Below are positions 21,642 to 33,081 of a stretch of 64,000 nucleotides of DNA, in pieces. The stretch covers positions 3,929 to 67,928 of IMG/VR virus record IMGVR_UViG_3300037337_000106. One strand, written 5' to 3'. The translations under genes were made by a program, and so were the position numbers. This DNA is from a virus (lineage: Duplodnaviria > Caudoviricetes). Under the pieces are notes generated by a model. That model was given only the letters and a program-made list of their open reading frames with translations. It ran no database searches and was not told the DNA's origin. Positions within the stretch are counted from its first letter, which is position 1; the number at the start of each line of letters is the position of its first letter.

Positions 21642-22556
21642 TTAAAAGTTTCTTTTTGTTTCATACAATCCTTTGAATGTTGGAAACCTTAATGAATAAC
21701 TTCCCTTTTCGTTAAGAGTTTCTTCGAAATATTGCACTGTTATCTGCTTTCCTAAAATTTCATTAGGATTTTGAAAAAAGAATCTCTTTTGTTCATGATT
21801 AAATCCACTACCTACTTGAACTCTATTTCCTCTATGTTCTATGACTACGTTCTTCATCATCATCTCTTCGATTTCAACTCCATTAACAATAACTCTGTTA
21901 ATTGCGTTTTCAATATCTATTACAATGTATTCTGCATCACTGAATTGTTTAACCTTAAGGACATCATTACTTCTCTTTCCAATATAGTCTGCATCACGTC
22001 TAAGCATTAAACCTTCCCATCCATTTGCCTTTGCTTTTTTCATATAAAGTGTTAGCATATTTTCATTTAATACAATTTTTTGATCCAATACACCTATATT
22101 TTTAAATGTTTTTTGAAAGAATAAATTTTCCAATTGCACATTTCTAATTCCAAAAAGAGTGTTTCCCTTTTTGTTAATAAAATCATCAGTTGGTATGATA
22201 TCAAACATATAAAAGAAAGGATTTCTAATCGAATGATCTTTCTTTTTAATTTCTTTAATAATTCCTTGAAAATTTTCATTTCCATTTTCATCCATCATGC
22301 AAATTTCACCATCAATAACTACATTCTTTAATCCTAACGAAATTATCTGAGAATCTAAGTTCCTAAGAGTTGTGAATTCATTACCTGCCCTAGAAAAGTA
22401 TTTAGGTTCTCCATTATCATCGATAATACAAATACATCTGCAGTTATGTACTAATACATTGTTAGCAAAAAAGTTTTCATTATCTTCAATTTGAAGATCG
22501 TATTTATCAAAAGATTTATCTAATCTCTTTATTGATTTAATTCTAATATTTTCCAA
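21642..22556 (-). CDS. ATP-dependent DNA ligase, C-terminal part, led by a 38-aa C-intein
   Basis: MENIRIKSIK...YDLQIEDNENFFANNVLVHN|CRC; ligase motifs DGE, FD, EGLMLR, LKVK, VGSGF, SLRFP. Confidence 0.9.
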   Translation of the reverse strand: MENIRIKSIKRLDKSFDKYDLQIEDNENFFANNVLVHNCRCICIIDDNGEPKYFSRAGNEFTTLRNLDSQIISLGLKNVVIDGEICMMDENGNENFQGIIKEIKKKDHSIRNPFFYMFDIIPTDDFINKKGNTLFGIRNVQLENLFFQKTFKNIGVLDQKIVLNENMLTLYMKKAKANGWEGLMLRRDADYIGKRSNDVLKVKQFSDAEYIVIDIENAINRVIVNGVEIEEMMMKNVVIEHRGNRVQVGSGFNHEQKRFFFQNPNEILGKQITVQYFEETLNEKGSYSLRFPTFKGLYETKRNF

Positions 22557-23416
22557 AGTTCTTCTTTATTTAAATTATTATTAATATCTGATTCCCATAG
22601 AGTTATAACTGTCCATCCGAATGACTCTATTTGTTCTTTTCTTTTTTTATCATTTTTCCATATATCTTTTACCAATACATCTCCTCCCCATTTTGCAATT
22701 ATATCATTCTCTTTATATTTGAATGGATTGGCATGCCAGTAGTCACCATTTACTTCAATTACTATTTTTAATCCTTCTATTGTTATATCAGGTCTTGGTG
22801 AATATCCATCTTTTTCAAACAAGTTGAGTGTATTCTCTGATACATAGTCTATATCTAATTGTTCTAATAATGATTCAACCTTAATATGTATTTTAGATCG
22901 TTGCCCATTATTGTGTTTTCTACCAGGAACATGTACCGGATATTCTACACCATATCTTTCTACCATAGTTTCCTTAATTGTATCTTTTACAGAATCTACT
23001 GCAAAAACATTAGATTTACCATACCTATTAAGAACTGTTTCGTTCCTTTCTTTGAATTTATAACTATTTTTGCCTAACACGTTAGTATCTCCATACTTTG
23101 AAATGCAAGTTTGTTCACATTTTTTACGCACATTCTCTAAATTTGAAGTTTCTTTTATATTCCTTGTCTGGATATTAAAAGATTTTAGAAGGTGTATTAT
23201 TGTTCCTGCGTTATCATTATATTTTAAATTTAACGTCCTAGAAATTTCTAAAGCACTTAATTTCTTAATAACATATAAGTCGTATAAGATTTTTTTTGTT
23301 AGAATAGTATTTCTTTCTAGCATTACTAATGCTTTATATGGTAGACACCTTGAATTATGTCCTTTTATTTGTGTACTTTTTTCAAATTCCTTATTACACC
23401 CTGCACAATTAAACAT
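22529..23416 (-). mobile_element. free-standing Vsr/DUF559-like homing endonuclease between the split-intein halves
   Basis: PDI...IEVNGDYWH...D..RKE...GWTVITLWESDI; KYG/RYG repeats. Confidence 0.8.
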
Positions 23417-23459
23417 AGATTACTTTTTATTATATATATCTTTTATTTTTAGTAAAAAG

Positions 23460-24278
23460 CTAGATGGTTAATAATTTTTCATCTCCATTTAATTCATCTG
23501 TTCTTCTCCAACATTTTAGTTCTGGTAACCATACTCTGTGATTTCCTGTTAATGTTAATGTCTTTCCATTTTCAAGCGTTAATTCAAACCATTCTGAATT
23601 ATCTTCACTGATATCGTTTAAGTTAACCATCCAATCTTTAATATGTTTAAACTCTATTTTATCAGTTATAATATTATATGATTTAATCTTACCCTTAATT
23701 TTGTTATCTACTACTTCCTTTATCTTAATAAATTGACCATCTTCAAATTCTATCAAAGTGTCTTCCGACAAACAACCATCTAGCTTGCGACTTAGGTACC
23801 ATACGTCATTGTTTAGATCTATTTTCTTTGCCATTTTTTCATCGTATGAATTTGCCAAAGCAACATCAAATGTAGGTATTAACCCTGGCATCACCTTGTT
23901 AATCATGGATGTAGTTGAACGCGTCTTTAGGTTTCTATCAATAATACTAAATATTAAATCCTCGTAGCTCTTATTTGCCTGTACGAATCCATTAACACTA
24001 GAGATCGCAGTATGACCTGTTATCCATCTATTGTTTAAATCGTCTAGTAAAACGAAAAGATTAGTATATCCGTATTTAACTAATTGTGAATTTTTTTTAC
24101 AATTTTCTGAAGTAACACCATACTGTTTAAATGTATCATATGTATATTGCAAGGCTTTTTTTACTGTGATATTTTCAGTATATAATTTAAGCACATTTAA
24201 TTTATCAGTGTTTGAGTTTGTTTTATTAGACTCATTAATAAAATTTTGAATTGATTGTAGATCAGTGAAGTTGTTCAT
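23460..24278 (-). CDS. ATP-dependent DNA ligase, N-terminal part, followed by a 104-aa N-intein
   Basis: Motif I SRKLDG|CLSEDT; intein block B LTGNHRV; Cys1 at 23774. Confidence 0.9.
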   Translation of the reverse strand: MNNFTDLQSIQNFINESNKTNSNTDKLNVLKLYTENITVKKALQYTYDTFKQYGVTSENCKKNSQLVKYGYTNLFVLLDDLNNRWITGHTAISSVNGFVQANKSYEDLIFSIIDRNLKTRSTTSMINKVMPGLIPTFDVALANSYDEKMAKKIDLNNDVWYLSRKLDGCLSEDTLIEFEDGQFIKIKEVVDNKIKGKIKSYNIITDKIEFKHIKDWMVNLNDISEDNSEWFELTLENGKTLTLTGNHRVWLPELKCWRRTDELNGDEKLLTI

Positions 24279-24289
24279 AATGTTTTGAT

Positions 24290-24358
24290 TAATTATTATA
24301 TGTAAATATAAACAAAAAAACCCTGATTAAAAAATCAGGGTTGTTAAATCTTTGTTAA
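24290..24358 (-). promoter_or_regulatory. class I (early-type) promoter cassette, representative of ~26 copies
   Basis: TTAACAnnnnnTTAACA-N~25-TTG(T/A)TTATATTTAC; this copy contains a terminator hairpin. Confidence 0.8.
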
Positions 24359-24367
24359 AGTTTTACT

Positions 24368-24703
24368 TTAAATATTAGGATTGCCTAATACATATTTAGA
24401 GTGATCTAAGAATATGTTATAATCTACTGTTATTTCATCGTCAATTAATATACCATTTGAATATAACATAAATTCTCCATTAACCAGGATTGCGGTTGAA
24501 TTAGGTGTACGACTATCATTACAGTATCTACCTAAATCAGCAGTCTCGTACCATGGAACTTCCATTCCATCCTGAAACATACATCTACCATCAGGCGTCC
24601 ATATTGTAGTTGTCCATATACCTATTATTTCGTCTAAAGGAATATCTGCAGTTGCGAATATTCCCATGCCTTCGATATCTGATTGTCTTATTGTATATTT
24701 CAT
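24368..24703 (-). CDS. SET-domain protein
   Basis: SDIEGMGIFATADI, RYCNDS.TPN (NHS variant), EITVDY. Confidence 0.75.
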   Translation of the reverse strand: MKYTIRQSDIEGMGIFATADIPLDEIIGIWTTTIWTPDGRCMFQDGMEVPWYETADLGRYCNDSRTPNSTAILVNGEFMLYSNGILIDDEITVDYNIFLDHSKYVLGNPNI

Positions 24704-24723
24704 AGTTTTTAAATTTATGGTTC

Positions 24724-25656
24724 TTATTCGATTTTAACATTATGTGTTAAAACGTTATTCGCGTAATACGTATGTGGATTATCAAGTGTCATCTTATATA
24801 CTGTTCTTTTTTCAATATTATAATCAATTGAAGATACTTCTATTATGTTTCCTTCTATATCATATAACATATCGTTTAATTGTATGTCAATTAATGGTAT
24901 AAATTTCCAGATACCATTTCTTTGTATTAATTGAGAGTGACTAGGTGTTGCCTCGAGCAGTCCATTATTTATTATAATAGTATTGTAGACTTCAACAGGT
25001 ACTATTGATGCAATACTAGAATTTTGACTTGTTGTTTTTATATAATTGCTATTCCATTTATATAATTCATTAACATCATTAGTATCGGCGAGTGTTTCAA
25101 TTCTTGCGGATAATAATATTTGATTTAAGTATAGTAATTCTATGGGTGATGTACTTCCACCTGGTAGAGTTATCATTGTTCCTTTTACAAAACAAGAGAC
25201 TGAAGTACTCATATATACTATATTTGAATCTAGTCCATCTACTCCAGCTGAATTAACTGCCCTAACCATTACCGCATATTCTGTATTAGCGTTAAGCGGC
25301 GATACGGTATTAGGTGGATTAGTATAATTAGATTTTAATACACCATCGAAAAATACTCTGTAAGAGGATGCTCCCGATACTGAGCTATGCGTGAATGTAA
25401 TTGAAGTATTCGTTGAACTGGTTTTTTGTAGGTTTTGTGGAGCAGGCAGTTGTGCAGGTTGTGCAGAATGATTATATCCTCTCCATTCACTATATGATGC
25501 TGGATTACTACTAGAAGGTCTAGTAGCGCTATTTTGATTTATAGCGCCATATGACCCGTTTTCCGCAGCATCTATTGAAAGATTACTAGAACTAGCTCTG
25601 CCTAATTCTGTATTAATTGTACTTGCGGAAACAGGTCCACTTGTTGAAATTGCCAT
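24724..25656 (-). CDS. virion/fibre-tip protein with FN3 domain and C-terminal Hint domain
   Basis: Fibre-type N-terminus; APQNL...YAVMVRAVNSAG (FN3); CFVKGT...TPSH...YYANNVLTHN. Confidence 0.7.
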   Translation of the reverse strand: MAISTSGPVSASTINTELGRASSSNLSIDAAENGSYGAINQNSATRPSSSNPASYSEWRGYNHSAQPAQLPAPQNLQKTSSTNTSITFTHSSVSGASSYRVFFDGVLKSNYTNPPNTVSPLNANTEYAVMVRAVNSAGVDGLDSNIVYMSTSVSCFVKGTMITLPGGSTSPIELLYLNQILLSARIETLADTNDVNELYKWNSNYIKTTSQNSSIASIVPVEVYNTIIINNGLLEATPSHSQLIQRNGIWKFIPLIDIQLNDMLYDIEGNIIEVSSIDYNIEKRTVYKMTLDNPHTYYANNVLTHNVKIE

Positions 25657-25731
25657 AATCTAATAAAATCTTTATTTTATATATCAATGTTACTTTATTT
25701 AAAGATTGGATATATTACTTATAATAAAATA

Positions 25732-25908
25732 TTAAGTATTGGTTTTTCTTTTTAATAAAATCCACAATACTAAATATAGTAAAGGCCCACCTGGTGTAAA
25801 TATAAATAAAAGTCTCCAGCCATTTACCGAAGTATCAGTCCATTCGCCAATACCGGTGCATACTCCTCCAAAATATGATTTTCCTCTAATTCTTTTTAAT
25901 TTCTTCAT
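25732..25908 (-). CDS. PspC-domain membrane protein (not in ORF track)
   Basis: Manual translation MKKLKRIRGKSYFGGVCTGIGEW...WRLLFIF...LYLVLWILL. Confidence 0.8.
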   Translation of the reverse strand: MKKLKRIRGKSYFGGVCTGIGEWTDTSVNGWRLLFIFTPGGPLLYLVLWILLKRKTNT

Positions 25909-25997
25909 GTTGTTTTGATTAATTATTATATGTAAATCTAATCAAAAAACTCCATATTTTAAAATATGGAGTGTTAATTTTTTGTTAAACTAATTAA

Positions 25998-26630
25998 TTA
26001 ATCCCACCAGCCATTAATATTTTTGTTTATTATATTAAATAACATAGTCTGTGCTCTTTCTTGATTAATATATGACATGTTCATTGCAATTATTTGTTGG
26101 TCTTCTTCTCTATCCTTTCTGTCAAATACACCTTCACCATTTAAAACTCTCTTATAAATGAGAGGATATTTATTGAAATAGTCGCTGAAGTTTTCTTCTA
26201 AAGTTCTAGATTTCCACGTCGATGAATCACTACCTTCGATCGGTTCAAACCAGTGCTTTGTTTTATGGTAATTAGAGTACTCAGAGGCATAAAAATCATC
26301 TTGAATCAATTGAATCAATTTACTGCAAACCATCATTCTTCTTGAATCCCGGTGAGCCATAGTGTGAATGTCTCTCTTTCCTATATAATTAGACTGTGCA
26401 TTTAATTTGTGTTTTAAAACCTCAAAAATATAATGAGAATCATAGTTTCTGTCATTCCATATTACAGGAAACCAGTAAATAAGATTTTTAACTCCATATT
26501 TTAAATGGAGATGCATATATTTACCATCATGGTTCCACCATAAAAATATCGAGTCGACTTTGTGTGTAATCCAATTTCTTGCAGCTCGTTCATCTTTCCA
26601 TTCATCGAATATGTCTTTATCTGGTTCCAT
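25998..26630 (-). CDS. conserved hypothetical phage protein
   Basis: IWNDRNYD...C-terminal WWD. Confidence 0.55.
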   Translation of the reverse strand: MEPDKDIFDEWKDERAARNWITHKVDSIFLWWNHDGKYMHLHLKYGVKNLIYWFPVIWNDRNYDSHYIFEVLKHKLNAQSNYIGKRDIHTMAHRDSRRMMVCSKLIQLIQDDFYASEYSNYHKTKHWFEPIEGSDSSTWKSRTLEENFSDYFNKYPLIYKRVLNGEGVFDRKDREEDQQIIAMNMSYINQERAQTMLFNIINKNINGWWD

Positions 26631-27136
26631 TGTCTTTATTTGATTTATATTATGATTATACTATATCGGAAAACAATTCATTATACATTTCATGTAATGC
26701 TATTTTTTTACTTTCAGCGTCTGTGTACTGTTGAACTAATTTATCAATTTCCTCAGTATGTTGAGGATGTTCACCAATCGCAACTGGTGTTTTTAAATAA
26801 ATTTCTAATCGAGCTAATGCATCATGCATATCTGCCGTGTATTTAGAATTTAATGCGGTAATTAATCTATTTTTCATATTTTTATTTATTAATGTTATGT
26901 GTAATTATATTATATTAACAGGTAGATTGATATTGGAATATTACCATAATTCCACATCTGTCAAATCAATAGAAGTTCCTGTTAAATGACTTTTAACTAT
27001 AAGAGATTCTCCAATTCCGTTTGGTGTAAATGTAAAATCATATAACCCATACTTGCCGAACAAATCTTTTATTTTTTCTTGCCACTCCTTAAGCGCCCTT
27101 TCCTGTTCAGGTATAAGATTGAATTGAATTGCCATA

Positions 27137-27820
27137 TTAATATTGTGTTCTAAGTAATTTTACAACATCCATCGCATCTTCAACTGCATTATGCGTAACA
27201 ATACCTTCAATTCCTGCCCTTTGTTTACATTCATAAAGATTTGGAACATGTTCATCATTTTGCCAGTCAACAAAAAGAATTGCAGGATCTAATACTCTAC
27301 TTCTAATAGAAAATATCTGTTTCCATCTTGGAAGTAATTCTAAAAACTTTTTATCAAATCCTGCAAAGTTTTTACCAGCACATGTTAGATATGTTTTAGG
27401 TAATGTTGATGTTATTGCAGGATATATTATGCCATCTATACTCACAACACGGCCTCCCATAGGACCGTTGGGTCTCTTGTAATCTGGATCTATTCCATTT
27501 CTAAAGCAAAACTGAAATAATTTTTCTACAATTTCATTTTCACTATAAAATTTACAGCCATATGAGGTCTCACATTCGATTTTAAGCTCTTGTGTTTTAG
27601 CCTCACTGTAATTATAAATGGCCTCTATTAAATCTTTATTTAAGTTAATAGCAAATACACTTCCTATTATGTTTTCACGTAGGATGACTCCTTGGAAACT
27701 AGGGAGCTCATCTATCGGTAACATTTTGTTTGTGTCTTCAATTACTGCACCTATGCTTAATATTTGACAATTTAAAGGGTCTAAACCTGTTGTTTCAATG
27801 TCGATACTTATATACTTCAT
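27137..27820 (-). CDS. DEDDh 3'-5' exonuclease
   Basis: DIETTG, NFAGFD, HNAVED. Confidence 0.85.
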   Translation of the reverse strand: MKYISIDIETTGLDPLNCQILSIGAVIEDTNKMLPIDELPSFQGVILRENIIGSVFAINLNKDLIEAIYNYSEAKTQELKIECETSYGCKFYSENEIVEKLFQFCFRNGIDPDYKRPNGPMGGRVVSIDGIIYPAITSTLPKTYLTCAGKNFAGFDKKFLELLPRWKQIFSIRSRVLDPAILFVDWQNDEHVPNLYECKQRAGIEGIVTHNAVEDAMDVVKLLRTQY

Positions 27821-28224
27821 ACTATTTAGTTTTTAATTATATTCTAAATCTTTAAAAAGTTTACAAATTCGGTAGCATTTTTAGCCTCCATAAAAAACTT
27901 AATAGAAGCTTTTAATGTTGCCTTTCTACCTGAAGGAGTAGTTATATGTAAAAATGAACTTTCATTTAAGTTATCACTAATACCCCATGTTAAATAATAG
28001 TTGGGAGTAGCAATCCCTTTACGGGTAGTAGATGCTTCGCGATATGATACAATGTTCATTGATTTCCAGCTATCGGATATGTATTTTCTTCGCATTGAAC
28101 TTACTAGTGATAATACACATTGCGAACCATCACTTTTTTCTTTTTCAAAGCTCATTAAAACTTTTATTTTTCCTAAAGTTTCATGTTGTATTTGTTTTTC
28201 CATTTAGATTATATTTAAATGTTA

Positions 28225-28461
28225 TTAATTATTTAGTACCTTTGAATCTACTTTAATAAATTCATATTTTCCTTTAATATAAGTATTCAATGATATTCCC
28301 TGTGATTCAGCTGTTGAAAAAAAGAAGTAATCAGAATACTCAACATTTGCATATTCATATGTCGCATGTTTAAATATGATACTTAATTTTTTGTTGTCGA
28401 AATTATATTCAGATGATTCTATTGTTGAAGAATCATATTGATTAGATTGTGTCTTGATCAT
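28225..28461 (-). CDS. KTSC-domain protein
   Basis: SSTIESSEYN...L.IIF...YEYANV...AESQG...N.YIK. Confidence 0.75.
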   Translation of the reverse strand: MIKTQSNQYDSSTIESSEYNFDNKKLSIIFKHATYEYANVEYSDYFFFSTAESQGISLNTYIKGKYEFIKVDSKVLNN

Positions 28462-28676
28462 TTTTTTGTTTTTTATGTTTTTCAGTAAGTACTTTTATTA
28501 AATCTCGATATGCATCAACTGCATCATTTGCGTTTACTTCCTTTGCTCTTATTAGTTCATTAGTTTTTGCATTCTTAATCATGATAGTATCGATATCTAA
28601 CACTATTAAAAATTCTCCAATAATTGTTTTCATATTTGATTGTTTTAATTTGTTAAAGTAAATATAACTTTTTTAT

Positions 28677-29264
28677 TTAACTTAAAAATTTTAATATTTT
28701 TTGCTTGATGCCAGTTTGTTTAATACCTTCACTCATCTTTGGTGTCCATACAAAATTATCTAAACCCCAAACCCTCGATTGATCTCCATAATATTTATTA
28801 GTAACTTCACGTTGCATTAACAAATCATCCACTGCAACCCAATGTGTTATTAATGGATTGTCCGCAACATGTTGCATAATTTCTAAACATCTCTGTTGCT
28901 CGTATTGATCATTATGACTCCATTCAAACCCATCAGGTTTATTACATCCTATAAAATTAGGAGTAATTGCAATTGGTCTTTTAGAGATTCCCTGTGATAT
29001 GTAATAATCACCTAGTTCATTTAATGATGCATGTTTCTTCCAATCAGAAGAAACAACAATTTCTGCTCCTGTCTCTTCTAAAATTTCATTTAAAACATTA
29101 ACAGCCTTTTTATCAAAGTTATCAAAACGATGAAATACATCACAATCTTTATATGACAAAGATTCCGGATGTTTCTTAATCCATTCATTCCATTTTCGAG
29201 TTCTTCCGCCCCAATTATTATCAAGGCAAATTACGCCATCATTGTCTAAGAATATTATTTTCAT
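28677..29264 (-). CDS. HAD phosphatase (Swiss-army-knife RNA-repair type)
   Basis: FLDNDGV, VVSSDW, R..EI, WVAVDD. Confidence 0.75.
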   Translation of the reverse strand: MKIIFLDNDGVICLDNNWGGRTRKWNEWIKKHPESLSYKDCDVFHRFDNFDKKAVNVLNEILEETGAEIVVSSDWKKHASLNELGDYYISQGISKRPIAITPNFIGCNKPDGFEWSHNDQYEQQRCLEIMQHVADNPLITHWVAVDDLLMQREVTNKYYGDQSRVWGLDNFVWTPKMSEGIKQTGIKQKILKFLS

Positions 29265-29266
29265 TT

Positions 29267-29791
29267 TTATGTAATTTTATATGCCCAATGTAAAAGCCCT
29301 TGGCGTGTTTTTAATCCAATACTTTCATCTGTTATTAATTTATTCTTTCGAATACACATTGACTTTAACATTCCAGAATGACGTGGAATAAAAGATTTCC
29401 ATCTACCTATTTGTCGGTTGTCATCAACTGACCTTCTACCGTAATAAAAATTAATATACCAATTAAACCATCCGTATGGATCTTGGTCCTTTATCCAATT
29501 AGCATCTATCCATCCTCGATAATCCATCCCACATTTAACCTTATATTTATTAGTATCGACGTCGTATGTGTTTCTAATTAATTTATTTGAATTAATAGAT
29601 TTGGCTTCCAGTAAAAATTTAGAGTGGACATGTTCCGTCCAATATCGATCTACTTCTACGTTTCCAAAATAATTGCCTCCAAATATTCCTTCATTAATCA
29701 TTTCAATTGGAGAATAGTTTGGAGTAAAATCATTTCTATCTTTAAATTGATATATTGATAACTCTTTATTATATTCTGGAATGTTTTTCAT
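29267..29791 (-). CDS. conserved hypothetical protein
   Basis: FGGNYF...DPYGWFNWY...GRRS.DD.RQI.RW...RQGLLHWA. Confidence 0.55.
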   Translation of the reverse strand: MKNIPEYNKELSIYQFKDRNDFTPNYSPIEMINEGIFGGNYFGNVEVDRYWTEHVHSKFLLEAKSINSNKLIRNTYDVDTNKYKVKCGMDYRGWIDANWIKDQDPYGWFNWYINFYYGRRSVDDNRQIGRWKSFIPRHSGMLKSMCIRKNKLITDESIGLKTRQGLLHWAYKIT

Positions 29792-29793
29792 AA

Positions 29794-30714
29794 TTAAGCT
29801 AGTTTCTTATATGTTTTTATTAAATTATCAATTCTAACACTTAATTGATTTTGCGATTTTGAATCCTTTACAGATACTTTAAGTCCATTAACAGAAGACA
29901 TGATTGCAGTTAATTCAGTCAATATATTACCAACGGTACCTTTGTCAAGAATAGTTTTAGAGCTCTTTGCTAGGTGCATAGATATGATATCTTCCATATC
30001 TTTATATGATTTAAGTCTGCGTGCTACACATTCATCATAAGTGCCAACTATTGAACTAGTTTGGCGTTTTTGATATGCATCAGTGCCTGCTATATATTCT
30101 CCATTTAGTCTAACATAACTAATTCCAGAATGAGATGGCATTACAATTTCTAAACGTGAAATGCCATATTTCAAGAGAGTCTCATTAAATATCTTATCTA
30201 TATTAGTGGTATACGTGCATTTAGTTTCAAATATGTTTTTAGCATCTATTGAATATAATGGAATAATTTCAGGAAATGTACTAACAGGATATGTAAAAAA
30301 TTCAAGTTCATAAACATCAACTGTAGTTACGTTCTCGTAGTTGGTCTTAAGATTTCTAAAAAATCTAGTTACATATATTTCATCTTCAACATTTTTATAA
30401 ATCCACTGATCATCATCTTCATCATATTCTCTTTCCAGTTTTGCAATAGAATCTGTTATTGTATTATATTCACTAATGGTAAAAGATTTCTGATTGCATG
30501 CATTAATATAACCTGTTATAATTCTTGAAATTTTATCACAGGTGACGATTTCTGGTTTCTCATTAGTTACAACTAATCCATTTGCTCTATATCCTAACAA
30601 CAGATCACCTACTAACTTTCCATTTACTCTAAAATTTAAAGCGTTATGTGATGGTGTCTTAAATGCATACATCTTATTTTGAGGATCATAGCCGATTTTA
30701 ATTGATAGTTCCAT
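29794..30714 (-). CDS. hypothetical protein
   Basis: 306-aa ORF behind a class I promoter. Confidence 0.6.
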   Translation of the reverse strand: MELSIKIGYDPQNKMYAFKTPSHNALNFRVNGKLVGDLLLGYRANGLVVTNEKPEIVTCDKISRIITGYINACNQKSFTISEYNTITDSIAKLEREYDEDDDQWIYKNVEDEIYVTRFFRNLKTNYENVTTVDVYELEFFTYPVSTFPEIIPLYSIDAKNIFETKCTYTTNIDKIFNETLLKYGISRLEIVMPSHSGISYVRLNGEYIAGTDAYQKRQTSSIVGTYDECVARRLKSYKDMEDIISMHLAKSSKTILDKGTVGNILTELTAIMSSVNGLKVSVKDSKSQNQLSVRIDNLIKTYKKLA

Positions 30715-31698
30715 TTGTATATTGTTTTAATTTGTATATGTAAATATAATCAAAAAACTCCGTATTAAAAAATACAGAGTGTTAAATCTTTGTTAAATAT
30801 CTTCTTCTTGTTTTTCCTCTTGTTCCTGAAGATATTGATACCATGCCGGATTTGGTAATTCTGAATAATGGTCCCACATTTCACGTTCAACTATGTCTTC
30901 GATATCTTCTTTATCCTTTTCTTCTGATTTAGTCATTTTATGTATGTTTACATTCTTGAATATTAACCTTTGAACTTCCATATGTTTGATGAGTTCCACC
31001 ACTCCAATCTCCGCTTAATTCAACATAAACACCACTTACCTTAAATGTTTCACTATGATTATACCCAGTTTCACATGTTGCATCATCCCCTATATTAAAA
31101 AGTATTGGAAATAAATGACACGCATGTACTGAACGTTTTCTATTTTCTTTAGTAAAATCTCTAGCTATTTCACCATATAAACCTCGACGTTGACTTACTT
31201 CAACTAAAGTTACCTTTAACTCATTTATTCTTTCAACAAAACCGGTTACTATTGTAACACGACCTGATGTTTGTTGTGAATAACCATACTTATTTCCAAT
31301 TACTATTTTATTTCCTAGTGCGTCTCTCATTACTATTTTCGGAATATTTAATTAAACAATACGTGTAAAACATTGCCCTCTTGGTCTTTTAAATTTATAC
31401 TAACTTTATAATTTCTTTAGTTGTTATTTTTAGTTATTATTTTCTGACAATTTAATTGAATGAGATGTTGGATAAAACCCATCGTATAGAAATTCTTCTA
31501 TCACTTTAAATTTATCTGAAGTAGCTGACATAATACTCTTTCCTCTGAATCCATCTGCTTCGACATATAGAATAGCAACTAAAGATGAGTCTGATATACC
31601 ATTAGGTACTAATTTAATGTCCTTTAGAATACCATACCTACCATCATTGTGCATTACAAAATCCCCTATTTTAATACATATTAGACTGCTTTTCATAA

Positions 31699-32433
31699 TT
31701 ATTTTTTTTCATTAGTAGGTTTCATCCACATTCCGCCCTTAAAGATTAATTCTAAAAATCCTGGAATAATTTCATCAATATCATTTAGTAATCTAAATGA
31801 TCTAGGAGTATCTGCATTAAACATCTTAGTTAATTCTTCTCTAATTCTTTCGTGACTTACGGTTTGCTCTAGTTTTTTTAAGATATTAGGCTGTTTCATT
31901 GCATCCCAAATGTCAGTGTGCATTGTTAGTTTTTTAGTAATAGTAAATCTTAAAGCTCTTAATATTCTTAAAGGATCATCCATTAGTGTAATCCTTGCAT
32001 CCATAGGGGTCCTTAGGATGCCTCTATTTAAATCAGATACTCCATTGAATAAATCAATTAGGTTGCCATCAATATCTTCTGCAAGAGCATTAATTGTAAA
32101 ATCCCTGCGTAGTAAATCATCTTCTAGATTTCCAATTTCCAAAATAGGTTTGCGAGTTCCTTCGATGTATCCAACTTCCTTTCTTGCCATTACAAAATCA
32201 GCAACTAAACCTTCATTGATATCTCCCTTTAGGAATTTAGCTCTAATTGTAAAACAGTCAGGAGTTTCTAAAAATATTTCGAAATTTCTTTCAATCATCC
32301 AGTTTTTCATTTCTAGCCAACCTTTTTCTACTGTCGCTGCATTTTCACAAACAAATGTAAAATCTATATCTTTGGAATCTACACCAAGAAATTTATCCCT
32401 GATACAACCTCCAACTTTGTAAATATTTGCCAT
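31699..32433 (-). CDS. tRNA nucleotidyltransferase (CCA-adding/poly(A) polymerase family)
   Basis: VGGCIRD, DID, DLLRRDFTINALA, DDPLRILRALRF, ERIREEL. Confidence 0.92.
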   Translation of the reverse strand: MANIYKVGGCIRDKFLGVDSKDIDFTFVCENAATVEKGWLEMKNWMIERNFEIFLETPDCFTIRAKFLKGDINEGLVADFVMARKEVGYIEGTRKPILEIGNLEDDLLRRDFTINALAEDIDGNLIDLFNGVSDLNRGILRTPMDARITLMDDPLRILRALRFTITKKLTMHTDIWDAMKQPNILKKLEQTVSHERIREELTKMFNADTPRSFRLLNDIDEIIPGFLELIFKGGMWMKPTNEKK

Positions 32434-33081
32434 AATAATGTTGTTTTAATTATAAGTAAATATAATCAATATATTGACATATTAAAAATATAAGGTGTTA
32501 AATCTTTGTTAAAATTATTAAAGATCTACAATATTGATATTATTCTAGAATCATAAGGACCAAAATACTCGACTATAACAAATTGTGCTGTTTTATAACC
32601 ATCAGTTAAAAGCAATGGATTCATATATTTTATTTATTAAGTGTTAATATTCGTTTACAATTACATGAAATTCTTTTTCTGAACACTCTATTAACTCATC
32701 TATATAATCTTGTGCCTCTTCATTAGATTCAAAATTATTTACTATAGTATGTTCATTCATAAATCTAATTTCAACACGTGGAATAAAATAAATCATTTTA
32801 TTGGATTCATCTACTCTGTACCATTTATAATCATTGAAATATGATGATTGTTTTCTATCGTTATCATGAGAATGATATTCTAATGAATATGTTGACCAAC
32901 CTGCAATAATAGGCGAAGTCATGCCGTATTTAATTCCTAAAAATCTCACTGGTATTGAAGGGATTGCCTCATACCATTTATAATCAGATTCTTTTTTCAT
33001 TGTTAACGTAATGGAACTTACCTTGTCTAATTCAAAATAATGTTTTTGCATGTTATGTTTTTTAATTATTTATATGTATGA

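Noticed and set aside
24724-25656. Canonical cis-splicing intein
   Set aside because: The residue after His-Asn is Val and only four residues follow, so there is no C-extein nucleophile; treated as a Hint autoprocessing domain.
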